A DNA stretch of 64,000 nt from a virus. Location of the stretch: the IMG/VR virus record IMGVR_UViG_3300025508_000006, positions 32,001-96,000 of that record, one strand, 5' to 3'. The position numbers were made by a program, and so were the translations under genes. This document shows, piece after piece, positions 38,936 through 48,133 of the stretch. The stretch's first letter is position 1, and each line of letters opens with the position of its first letter. The notes beneath the pieces are model-generated. The model searched no databases, was not told where the DNA came from, and saw only the letters and a program-made list of their open reading frames with translations.

Positions 38936-39610
38936 ATGATGAAAAATATACCACTGAATGATTATGCAATTAATCTTCTGAACGAAGCACTTTGGTTTAC
39001 TAAGGAAGAGAACTACAGTGCTGTTATTCCTTCTAAGATAAATGATTTAGATAAAGCAGATTGGTACACTGGTCAAGAATATTTCGAGCAGATTAAGGGC
39101 GAGGGCAGACAACATGATGGGTTCCCCGCTTTCGTTACTAGTTATTCATTCAATCAAGATTATAGGTTTGATCCTCGTAATCCACATATTGATCGAAAGA
39201 TAGCAGAAGTTGCAGATCATCATGGCAAGTTGATGACTAATATACAGACCGCTTTCAATCTTAAAAAGAATGCTCTGTTCTCTGTATATCCGCCCGGTGG
39301 TTATATCTCATGGCACAACAATGCGAATGCTTCGGCATATAACTTTATATTCACTTACAGTGAAACTGGTGATGGTTGGTGGAAGCATTGGGATCCAGTC
39401 AATCAGAAAATGATTCACATTCCTGATGTTAAAGGTTGGCAATGTAAAGCAGGACACTTCGGTGCATATGAAGATGGACCCGAATCCCTAGTATATCACA
39501 CTGCACGTAATGGTGAAAGCGGAATACGTATGACAATTGCCTTTGTATTAGATCGATCAGAGATGTCTTTAGGTATACAAGATTGGGTAATTGAAGATAT
39601 ACACGTCTAA
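38936..39610 (+). CDS. DSBH/2OG-Fe(II) oxygenase-like protein
   Basis: YPPGGYISWHNN, distal YHTA and R.TIAF strand, typical of the jelly-roll oxygenase layout. Confidence 0.6.
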   Translation: MMKNIPLNDYAINLLNEALWFTKEENYSAVIPSKINDLDKADWYTGQEYFEQIKGEGRQHDGFPAFVTSYSFNQDYRFDPRNPHIDRKIAEVADHHGKLMTNIQTAFNLKKNALFSVYPPGGYISWHNNANASAYNFIFTYSETGDGWWKHWDPVNQKMIHIPDVKGWQCKAGHFGAYEDGPESLVYHTARNGESGIRMTIAFVLDRSEMSLGIQDWVIEDIHV

Positions 39611-39615
39611 ACTCT

Positions 39616-39635
39616 TATAAATAAACCTATAAATA
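39616..39635 (+). promoter_or_regulatory. Tandem T4-type late promoters
   Basis: TATAAATA at 39616-39623 and 39628-39635. Confidence 0.75.
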
Positions 39636-39662
39636 TCTCAATAGTATAGCGGATAAAGACGA

Positions 39663-40022
39663 ATGGCACACTACGAAGTATTAACAATTAATCAAGGCAC
39701 AGATGTTTCTGTTGAACTGCATCTGGTTAATGTCGATAACTCAATAAAAGACTTGACAGGACATAATGTAACTGCTAAACTTGGCACTCATTATGATGCT
39801 AAAGACTCTGACAAAACTACTTTTGTTTCTTTAGTGGCAAGTCCACCAACGAGTGGCATTGTTAACCTTTCTTTGACTAACACAGTCACTGCCGCACTTA
39901 ATCCTAAGAAGCGTTACGTTTATGATGTTGAAATATCCCATATTGATAGTGACACAAGTAACACTATCGTCGAACGGGTGATGGAAGGACTTATCACTAT
40001 TACCCCTTCAGTAACAACATAA
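39663..40022 (+). CDS. Virion structural protein (BppU N-terminal-like Ig fold)
   Basis: INQGTD...DLTG...LSLT...T..L...YVYDVE...RV.EG.ITITPSVT. Confidence 0.6.
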   Translation: MAHYEVLTINQGTDVSVELHLVNVDNSIKDLTGHNVTAKLGTHYDAKDSDKTTFVSLVASPPTSGIVNLSLTNTVTAALNPKKRYVYDVEISHIDSDTSNTIVERVMEGLITITPSVTT

Positions 40023-40031
40023 AGGTTAACC

Positions 40032-41117
40032 ATGCCAGCACCAATAGATCAGACATATAAAGTAGTCGTCGGAAATCTCACGAAGGTAAAACGTGTTGTT
40101 GTCGGCATACCTATTACTAGCGTAGTTGCCGCCGGTGCTGAAGGTCTAGACATTGACAACATCGCGGGTATTGACACTACCGGAGCAGTCAGTGGCGATC
40201 TATTAATATACAATGCGATTACTGATGCATGGGAATCAAATAAGTTACTAAACGAAAATCAGATTATAGATGGTAAATACTATCCTTCTGATTCCGCACA
40301 CGGTCTAATACTAACACGTAGAAGCGCAACGAGTGGAGAACCACCTTATCTTCGCTCTGGTGAGATGGCGTACTCATGGTTAGTTGATTCTGCTACAGAT
40401 GGATTTGGTAATGGCGGACAGAGATTATACATCGGTGTAGGAGCAGACTCTACTTATCCCGATGGAACTGTTCGATCAGAATCGCTTGAAGTTATTGGTG
40501 GTTCTTACTTCACAAATCTTCTTAATCATCAAGCAGGTATTAATACTGCTAACAGTGCATTAATTGTTGACTCGAATGGTAGAGTTGACTCTTTAATTGT
40601 AGATACATTAACAGCAATTAATCTTACAGCAACTGGAACAACAACTCTTGATTCAGCAGACATTGGACCATTAACTGTAAGAAACAACGCATTATTTGAT
40701 TCTGATGTTAGAATATCCGGTAATCTAATTGTAGATGGCGACACTACATTTGTACTGGATGTTACACTTGATTCAACTTTAGTTAACGGTGATTTAACCG
40801 TAAACGGTAGAACTTTTCTTAATGCAAATGGCGAGTTCTACGTTGATAGCGTACAGATTGAACAATATATTGATAGTAGTGTTAATCGATTACTGACACC
40901 AGGTAGTGCGATTTCTTTATTATACAGTGATAGCGAAAATACTTTAACAGTAAGTGCTATCTCAACAGATTCGGCAGTACTGGGTGTTGCATCGTTTAAT
41001 GCGATTGCAGGAGATTCTTCTCAAACTGCCAAACAATTTACAGTAGTCGATGGTGCAGTTAGTGTGAATATACTTGATGGTGGATTCTTTGGTAATGATT
41101 CAGCGTATCCAGGGTAA
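40032..41117 (+). CDS. Tail fibre-like structural protein
   Basis: RRS...P..L..GEMAY...RLYIG motif, beta-rich GNL.V.G repeats and an IDGG-like end. Confidence 0.6.
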   Translation: MPAPIDQTYKVVVGNLTKVKRVVVGIPITSVVAAGAEGLDIDNIAGIDTTGAVSGDLLIYNAITDAWESNKLLNENQIIDGKYYPSDSAHGLILTRRSATSGEPPYLRSGEMAYSWLVDSATDGFGNGGQRLYIGVGADSTYPDGTVRSESLEVIGGSYFTNLLNHQAGINTANSALIVDSNGRVDSLIVDTLTAINLTATGTTTLDSADIGPLTVRNNALFDSDVRISGNLIVDGDTTFVLDVTLDSTLVNGDLTVNGRTFLNANGEFYVDSVQIEQYIDSSVNRLLTPGSAISLLYSDSENTLTVSAISTDSAVLGVASFNAIAGDSSQTAKQFTVVDGAVSVNILDGGFFGNDSAYPG

Positions 41118-41170
41118 TTTAAAGACACTAAATAGAAACACTAAGAGCATTATAACAGGATATAATATCA

Positions 41171-43498
41171 ATGTCAACCACTAAGTTACTAAATCGAAGA
41201 ACTAATGTCCCAGGTCAGTTGCCTGGTATTTCAGACATTAGTCTTGGTGAAATAGCGATCAACACGCACGAAGGTAAAATGTACCTCAAGCGTGATAAGT
41301 TTGGCGTAGTTGATATAGTTCAAGTAGGTGAAGATGCAGTAGAGAATGTTTTTTATGTTTCTAAATCTGGTGAGTTTGGTAATTCAGGTACTTCTCTTGG
41401 CGACTCTTTCAAAACTCTTGACTCTGCTGTATCTACAGTCACCACTCTAAAAACATTTGCATTTGACGAATCTTTATGTAGTCGTGACTTAGGTTACATC
41501 TTTGACGGACTGTATCTTGACATTGCTTTCGGAACAAACTATAATGCAGTAACATCTGGTCACGCTTATCAAAGAGCAGGATCAACTAAAGTTACAACAC
41601 AGCAATTACAACCTACTAGAGTAGCGTTTAACCAAGCACGAGGCGCTGTCGGTTCTGTTCCTGAAGTAAAAGCAAGTACTGGTATTACAGGAGCATTGTA
41701 TAGAAACAATGCTCACTGGTCAGAAATAGTAGATATTCTTATTAACGGCAAGGTGAGTACAGAGCAGGCACATGACGATCTAGTCTTTCCGCCTCCTGCG
41801 GTATTACCTACAGCAGATGCTGACGATGCTGCCATCATTCTCCAGAACAATCGAGAATGGTTAAAAGGTGAACTTATAGCATTCATTACTGCAAACTATC
41901 CTTTAGCATCATACGATGAAACTCTATGCCGCAGAGACATAGGATTTATTGTTGATGGTCTAACATTCGACATATTATATGGTGGTACTCACGCCATCAC
42001 TATTAACACCCGCGCCTATTTTATCGGTGCTGTAAGTCAGTTGAGCGATGGTGAAGTTCCTGCAACAGTTGCCGCATATGAACATATGAGAGATGTACTA
42101 GTTGAACTTTTCACTAACAGTCTAACTAGTAATATTACTGCTTCGGCAGATGAGACTGGCAATTCTGGACAGTATGCTACTTCCACCGAAAGTACTATTT
42201 TAACAACATTACTCGATGACATATTAATTGACACACTAGTTGCTGGTAATCTTAATAGTTTACCTGCCGCTGTTGAACCTATTCTGACAAGTCGAGGAGT
42301 AAGTGCTGAGTTAAGAACTGCTATTTCTTCAGTTAAAGATACCGAAGATCAGATTATTCTTCAGTCGGTAAAGTCTGCTAAGAATACTGGTGACACTACA
42401 ATCTTCTTGAAGTCTGGTGATTATCAGGTAAACAATCCTATTAAGTTACCACCTAAGACAGCAATTGTTGGTGACAACTTGAGAACGACTACTATTCGAC
42501 CAAAGAGCGTTGACTCTGACATATTCTATATGGATAATGGTTGTTTCATTAAAGACGTTACTTTCCGAGACCATCAGAACTTTGCTGCCTGTGTAGCATA
42601 TGATCCCAAAGTAGATAGTGCTGGCGCTGGTCCATTCATCGTTCAATCACCCTACGTTCAGAACTGTACTTCTATTACCAACGATGGTATCGGTATGAAG
42701 ATTGACGGATCTAAATGTTCTGGATTGAAGTCGATGGTATCAGACGCATTCACACAGTACAATGCCGGTGGTATCGGTACGTATCTCTTGAATCGTGGTT
42801 ACGCACAGTTAGTATCTATCTTTACAATCTCAACACAGACTTCTATTCTTGCTGAAACTGGTGGACAATGTTCTATTACGAACAGTAACTCCTCGTTTGG
42901 TGACTTCGGACTAATTGCTCGCGGTAGTTCTCAAGTACTGTATGACGGTGTACTTGATAACAATCAACTTTTGTATGATGATACAATTCGTATTTCAAAT
43001 GTGATAAATAGAGATAGTGCTGATTATTTCGGAACTGTCGGTCAAACTAAGTTGCCAAACTACGGTGATGCAATGAAGTTTGATAGTGAAGAATATTATT
43101 ATACAGTGTTGGGTGTTGATTCTGTTGGTGGTGGTGTATATGACATCTCTTTCGAACCTGGACTGAATAGTAATAAATTAGCAAATCAAGAGATAACGTT
43201 CAGACAGCGATCTCAGATCACATCATCTTCGCACACATTTGAATATGTGGGTGCTGGAACTAACACGTTTACTGCTATTCCTCAGAATGGTGGTATACCA
43301 ATACCAGAAAGCGAAGTAGTATACGATGTTGACACAAACGAAGGTTTAGTAGTATTCACATCGACGGATCAGTTAGGCGACTTTAGAATTGGTGCAGAAC
43401 TGACAATTAAAAGACAAGAAGGTAGAATTGTAGGTGAGACGTTTGAACGATCTCTATACGCTATTCTAACTCCATATATTCTAGCACTAGAAGGTTAA
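41171..43498 (+). CDS. Tail spike/fibre protein with pectin-lyase-like beta-helix
   Basis: N-terminal GEIAINT.EGK.Y; FYVSKSG; G.Y....PI..P....IVGDNLR; SPYVQNCTS; FTQYN.GG.G; SHTFEYVGAG; STDQ.GDFRIG. Confidence 0.7.
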   Translation: MSTTKLLNRRTNVPGQLPGISDISLGEIAINTHEGKMYLKRDKFGVVDIVQVGEDAVENVFYVSKSGEFGNSGTSLGDSFKTLDSAVSTVTTLKTFAFDESLCSRDLGYIFDGLYLDIAFGTNYNAVTSGHAYQRAGSTKVTTQQLQPTRVAFNQARGAVGSVPEVKASTGITGALYRNNAHWSEIVDILINGKVSTEQAHDDLVFPPPAVLPTADADDAAIILQNNREWLKGELIAFITANYPLASYDETLCRRDIGFIVDGLTFDILYGGTHAITINTRAYFIGAVSQLSDGEVPATVAAYEHMRDVLVELFTNSLTSNITASADETGNSGQYATSTESTILTTLLDDILIDTLVAGNLNSLPAAVEPILTSRGVSAELRTAISSVKDTEDQIILQSVKSAKNTGDTTIFLKSGDYQVNNPIKLPPKTAIVGDNLRTTTIRPKSVDSDIFYMDNGCFIKDVTFRDHQNFAACVAYDPKVDSAGAGPFIVQSPYVQNCTSITNDGIGMKIDGSKCSGLKSMVSDAFTQYNAGGIGTYLLNRGYAQLVSIFTISTQTSILAETGGQCSITNSNSSFGDFGLIARGSSQVLYDGVLDNNQLLYDDTIRISNVINRDSADYFGTVGQTKLPNYGDAMKFDSEEYYYTVLGVDSVGGGVYDISFEPGLNSNKLANQEITFRQRSQITSSSHTFEYVGAGTNTFTAIPQNGGIPIPESEVVYDVDTNEGLVVFTSTDQLGDFRIGAELTIKRQEGRIVGETFERSLYAILTPYILALEG

Positions 43499-43504
43499 AG
43501 AAAA

Positions 43505-43876
43505 ATGGCAACTCCACTCAATACGTTTAAGTCAACTTCTGTTACTGTTGTTGGTAAAGATACGCTTACTGGCGACAGCGATTTAGTCTATACTTCACCC
43601 AACGGAATCACGGCGATTGTGTTGATGGCGCAGGTAGCGAATATCGACTCTGCTGGTACTGGTACTTTCGAGGTTAATATGCAACAGTCGCTGTCACTGG
43701 CAGCACCAGCAGTTCACTTGATTAAAGGTTATCGAGTTGCGCCTCGTGATGCAGTAAGTCTGATTACAGGTAAGTTAATTATTGAAGAAAACGGTGTTAT
43801 CCGATGCTCAACTAATGCGGCGGGTGCTGGCAAACTGCAATTAACTCTAAGTTATTTGGAATCATTAAATGGTTAA
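43505..43876 (+). CDS. Small virion structural protein
   Basis: LN.FK...VYT.P....AIVL.AQVAN...GKL..E...LS.LE pattern. Confidence 0.6.
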   Translation: MATPLNTFKSTSVTVVGKDTLTGDSDLVYTSPNGITAIVLMAQVANIDSAGTGTFEVNMQQSLSLAAPAVHLIKGYRVAPRDAVSLITGKLIIEENGVIRCSTNAAGAGKLQLTLSYLESLNG

Positions 43877-45113
43877 TACAATAAGCGTTTCGGGCACTTC
43901 TCTTACAGGTGGTGTATCCACCAGACCAGTAGAGGATCTCGATTCAGCAAGATATGAGTATATCACTCTCGATCAGGTAGAACCGAGTCCTGGTAATCCG
44001 ACAACTGACGGTCAAGTTCTCACGTCTCTTGCTGATGGTACTCGTTCTTGGGGGGACATATCAAGACTTACGCTTAATGCCCTTAACTTCACGTCACTAG
44101 ATTCCGGTGAAGTTGGCGACGAATATGCACTATTCGTAAAGAACAATCCTTTTGATGCTAATGCAGATAGTGTTGTTGTTCGTAAGATTGGTGCAGGTGC
44201 ATTTGCTGACACAGCAAACGAGACTCTAGCAACTGTCACCGCACGAGGCGATAGCACACAAGTCTACTCGTACTTCTACGGTGGACTATATGCTGATAGT
44301 GTAGTAATTGCTGGTAATCTTACTGTTAGTGGCACACAAACAATACTTAATACCGCAACATTAGAAGTCGATGATCTAAACATAGTTATTGCTAGAAATG
44401 CGACTAACAATGCTGAAGCAGAAGGTGCTGGTATTACAGTTGCAGGTGCTAATGCGGGTATTACATATGCATCTACAGACAACTCATGGAACTTTAATCG
44501 TCTAACTAACTTTGAGACAGGTCTTGCAGTAGTAGGACCATCTTTATTTGATTCAGTAACTATTGATGGCGAAGTTGTTATCAATAATACAGATGCATCT
44601 GTCACTGCTACATTCGGTTTATTCTTAGAACCCACCACAAATAGACTTGTTACACGTACCATCTCAACAGATATTCTTGATGGAACAATTGAATTAACTC
44701 AGGTTGTATCGACCGATCAAGACTTAACATTCTATCCTACATTTGTAAGTGTACTAAATGGCGGAGATAGTGCCAAAGTTGATAGTGCATTAACATATAA
44801 TGCTTTTAGTAATAGACTTACTCTTGGTAATCTTTCTTTAACTCAGATTGATAGGGACCAAGAGACCGATAACGTGCTTGTACTTTCTGCACAAGACTCT
44901 GTATCGTTCAGAGAATTGGGCAATCTTGCTTATCTCGATTCAGAGCAAGACACACTACAATCTGTAACCAGTCGAGGTGCTACTAGTACAGACAGCGTAA
45001 CTTTCGCGGGTATACATGTAGAGGGTGATATCGAAGCGAGTCGCTACTTTGACGCTTCGGCAAGACAATTAGTAATTTATGACTCAGTAGGTGCTACTCT
45101 CTGGGGTGCATAA
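43869..45113 (+). CDS. Tail fibre-like protein
   Basis: DG.RSW, L..VT.RG, GNLTVSGT...N...L.V.D..I and GAGI motifs. Confidence 0.65.
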   Translation: MVNTISVSGTSLTGGVSTRPVEDLDSARYEYITLDQVEPSPGNPTTDGQVLTSLADGTRSWGDISRLTLNALNFTSLDSGEVGDEYALFVKNNPFDANADSVVVRKIGAGAFADTANETLATVTARGDSTQVYSYFYGGLYADSVVIAGNLTVSGTQTILNTATLEVDDLNIVIARNATNNAEAEGAGITVAGANAGITYASTDNSWNFNRLTNFETGLAVVGPSLFDSVTIDGEVVINNTDASVTATFGLFLEPTTNRLVTRTISTDILDGTIELTQVVSTDQDLTFYPTFVSVLNGGDSAKVDSALTYNAFSNRLTLGNLSLTQIDRDQETDNVLVLSAQDSVSFRELGNLAYLDSEQDTLQSVTSRGATSTDSVTFAGIHVEGDIEASRYFDASARQLVIYDSVGATLWGA

Positions 45114-45139
45114 ATAACAGATAAACATTGGAGTAACAA

Positions 45140-45895
45140 ATGGCATCGCCAGATTCAAGACAAGATTTAATCGACTTCGCTCTACGTAGATTGGGCGAAC
45201 CTGTAATTGAAATCAATGTTGATATAGATCAAGTTGAAGATAAGGTTGATGACGCTCTTCAAAAATATCAAGAGTTTCATAGTGATGCAACACTTAGAAC
45301 TTATCTCAAGCACGAAGTAACTAGTACTGATGTTACTAATGGATACATTCCGTTAAACGCAAACATTCAGTGGGTAAAGAGATTGTTTCCTCTGAATTCA
45401 TCGTTTGGTTCAGGCGGCAATATGTTTGATCTAAAGTATCAGATGTATTTAAACAATATGGCAGACTTCTATAGTTTTGCGGGCGATCTATCGTACATAT
45501 ATCAGATGGAACAATATCTAAGTATGATTGATCAGCAACTAAGTGGAATGCCTCAAGTACGCCACTCACGTAGAGAAGGTCGTCTATACATTGACGGCGA
45601 TCTTGCTGACGGAGATATTAAAGCAGGCGATTATGTTATTGCTGAAGTATATCAGATCATTGATCCGGAAGTACACTTGAGCATATGGAATGATATGTTC
45701 ATGAAAGATTATACCACACAATTAATCAAACAGCAGTGGGGCGTTAATATGTCCAAGTTTGAGGGAATGCAATTGCCGGGTGGTGTTACTATTAGTGGTC
45801 GTCAATTGTATGAAGACGCGACTGCTGAAATCGAGAAACTTGAAGAGAAATTACGTCTCGAACAAGAACTCCCAGTTGACTTTCTGATAGGATAA
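45140..45895 (+). CDS. 13: Neck protein gp13
   Basis: L..FALRRLG.PVIEINVD.DQ, KQQWG.N..KF.GMQLPGGV...G. Confidence 0.93.
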   Translation: MASPDSRQDLIDFALRRLGEPVIEINVDIDQVEDKVDDALQKYQEFHSDATLRTYLKHEVTSTDVTNGYIPLNANIQWVKRLFPLNSSFGSGGNMFDLKYQMYLNNMADFYSFAGDLSYIYQMEQYLSMIDQQLSGMPQVRHSRREGRLYIDGDLADGDIKAGDYVIAEVYQIIDPEVHLSIWNDMFMKDYTTQLIKQQWGVNMSKFEGMQLPGGVTISGRQLYEDATAEIEKLEEKLRLEQELPVDFLIG

Positions 45896-45896
45896 C

Positions 45897-46799
45897 ATGG
45901 CAACTAATCTTTACTTCTCACAGGGCAGAAAGTCTGAGCAGACTCTCTACGAAGATATCATTATTGAGTCTTTGAAGATGTATGGTCAGGACGTTTACTA
46001 TGTCCCGCGTGAACTGGTCAACAGAGATACAATCTTTGGTGACGATAGCACTTCACGATTCGACAATGCTTACCGTATAGAAATGTACATAGAAGGTGTC
46101 GAAGGATTTGATGGTGAAGGTGACTTGTTCGCTAAGTTTGGAGTAGAGATTCGAGATGCTGCCACATTCATTATGGCAAGACGCCGATGGTTGAACACTG
46201 TTGCTTCTATAGAAAACACTTTAGAAGAACCGTTCTATCGTCCGAGAGAAGGCGATTTGATTGTCTTAACATTGTCTAACTCTATCTTCGAGATTCAAAA
46301 AGTAGAAGACGAGACACCATTCTATCAGTTAAAGAATCTTCCTGTGTTCCGTATGCGATGTGAATTGTTTGAATACAACGACGAAGATTTTGATACGGGT
46401 GTTGGAGAGATCGATGCAATTGAGACTGTACACGCATACAGTTCTACGCTTATATTTGATGAGACAACATTTAGTGTAGCAAATAGTAAGTTTGAGATTG
46501 GCGAAGAGATATCACAGGTCAATGCAACTTTCACTATGAATGGTGAGATTGTTAATATTGATGCTTCTGTTCCAGGAACATATAAGGTCTATGTTTCTCA
46601 CGGTGGTGCCACCGATGGTCTTTATCATAGTTGGGCAGCATCATTACCTGTAGTAGGACAGAGTTCAGGAATCAGTGAAACCCCAACATCAGTTGGCAGC
46701 GAGAACTTAGAAGTGGATAATCAGAATGCAATCTTTGATACGGTTGCAACAGACTTCATCGACTTCTCTGAGTCTAATCCGTTTGGAGATCCAGTATAA
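45897..46799 (+). CDS. 14: Neck/head-closure protein gp14
   Basis: EQ.LYEDI.IES.KMYG.DVYY.PR, RPREGDLI, FYQL, CELFEY and DFSESNPFG. Confidence 0.93.
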   Translation: MATNLYFSQGRKSEQTLYEDIIIESLKMYGQDVYYVPRELVNRDTIFGDDSTSRFDNAYRIEMYIEGVEGFDGEGDLFAKFGVEIRDAATFIMARRRWLNTVASIENTLEEPFYRPREGDLIVLTLSNSIFEIQKVEDETPFYQLKNLPVFRMRCELFEYNDEDFDTGVGEIDAIETVHAYSSTLIFDETTFSVANSKFEIGEEISQVNATFTMNGEIVNIDASVPGTYKVYVSHGGATDGLYHSWAASLPVVGQSSGISETPTSVGSENLEVDNQNAIFDTVATDFIDFSESNPFGDPV

Positions 46800-48088
46800 T
46801 GTTAGGTTCACACTTCTATCACCAAAGAATTAGAAAAGCAGTTGCTGTATTCGGTTCATTGTTTAATAACATAAACGTCATACGTAAGAATACCGCAGGC
46901 GAAGTTATTAGTCAAGTAAAAGTTCCTTTATCTTATGCACCAAAGCGCGACTTTCTCACACGCATGGATAATATGCTTAACGGTGAGACGAACGAAAGAC
47001 AGATAGCATTGAAACTGCCTAGAATGTCATTTGAGATCATAGCAATGAATTATGATCCAGTAAGACAATTACCTAAGATGAACAATTGTGTTAAAGCGCC
47101 GACAACGTATACTGGTTCAGCAACACAACTATACACTCCTGTTCCATACAATGTAAACTTTCAGTTGAACGTGTATGGTAAAAGTCAGGATGATGTATTA
47201 CAAATTATAGAACAGATTCTACCCTATTTCACACCACAGTATACTGTAACAGTAAAACCTTTATCGGAGTACGATGTCAAGGAAGACACCCCCATAACAA
47301 TGACGGGTATCACTTTCTCTGATGACTATGAAGGTCAGGTTGAGAATAGACGTTCTATCATATATACACTTGACTTCGAAATGAAGATCAGTTTGTATAA
47401 GGGTGTTGCGGCATCAGGTACTATTATAACAAGTGCTGATATTAACGTTAAAGATTTAGAAGGCAATGACTTGTTCACTACATCTTTGGTAGGTAACATT
47501 ATAACAGGTACGAGTGGTACACTAGCAAACGAAGATGGTGGCACAATAACACAAGCATTCAAGATTGTTAATGCGCAGAGTAGAGTAACCTCATTTACAA
47601 TCGGCACTGCTCCTACAAATGGCACCGCAATTGCTAATGCTGATACAACTATAGTAACGCCTTCGGGTGGGTTTAACGCTACTGGTACTTGGTCATATAT
47701 TCCTGATCCAGATTTCTCGGGTTCTGACTCATTCGTACTTGATGTAAATCTAGTAGACGGAACAAAACTCGAACAGACAATCAACGTCACGGTAACTAAT
47801 GCGATTGATGATGCTATCAATGTTGTAGCGTCAATTGACACTGGTGTTGCATTATCAATTGATATTGATGTTGGTGCTAATGATTCATTCGAGTCTACTT
47901 CTATTGTCTACTCTATACCGACAGGTGGTGCACCAGATAATGGTGTAGTAGCAATACAAGATTCAGTGAATGGAATAATTCGTTATACTCCTGATAGTGG
48001 GTTTACAGGAGTCGATATATTCACATATAGAGTGACACCAAGTACAGGACAAGTAGAAACTGCAACAGTTACGATAACCGTGACTTAA
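46799..48088 (+). CDS. 15: Tail terminator gp15 with two C-terminal Ig/cadherin-like domains
   Basis: FG.LFNNI, KVPLSYAPK, LPRMSFE and QIIEQILPYF.P; C-terminal Y.PD..F.G.D.F repeats. Confidence 0.9.
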   Translation: MLGSHFYHQRIRKAVAVFGSLFNNINVIRKNTAGEVISQVKVPLSYAPKRDFLTRMDNMLNGETNERQIALKLPRMSFEIIAMNYDPVRQLPKMNNCVKAPTTYTGSATQLYTPVPYNVNFQLNVYGKSQDDVLQIIEQILPYFTPQYTVTVKPLSEYDVKEDTPITMTGITFSDDYEGQVENRRSIIYTLDFEMKISLYKGVAASGTIITSADINVKDLEGNDLFTTSLVGNIITGTSGTLANEDGGTITQAFKIVNAQSRVTSFTIGTAPTNGTAIANADTTIVTPSGGFNATGTWSYIPDPDFSGSDSFVLDVNLVDGTKLEQTINVTVTNAIDDAINVVASIDTGVALSIDIDVGANDSFESTSIVYSIPTGGAPDNGVVAIQDSVNGIIRYTPDSGFTGVDIFTYRVTPSTGQVETATVTITVT

Positions 48089-48093
48089 AACAC

Positions 48094-48101
48094 TATAAAT
48101 A
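48094..48101 (+). promoter_or_regulatory. T4-type late promoter
   Basis: TATAAATA upstream of the 48134 ORF. Confidence 0.8.
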
Positions 48102-48133
48102 GAATTATAGAAAACATATTCTGAGGAATAACA

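Noticed and set aside
41171-41330. Mtd-like N-terminal motif suggesting a diversity-generating retroelement
   Set aside because: No reverse transcriptase, and no TR/VR pair differing at adenines was seen in the window; the motif is common in fibres.
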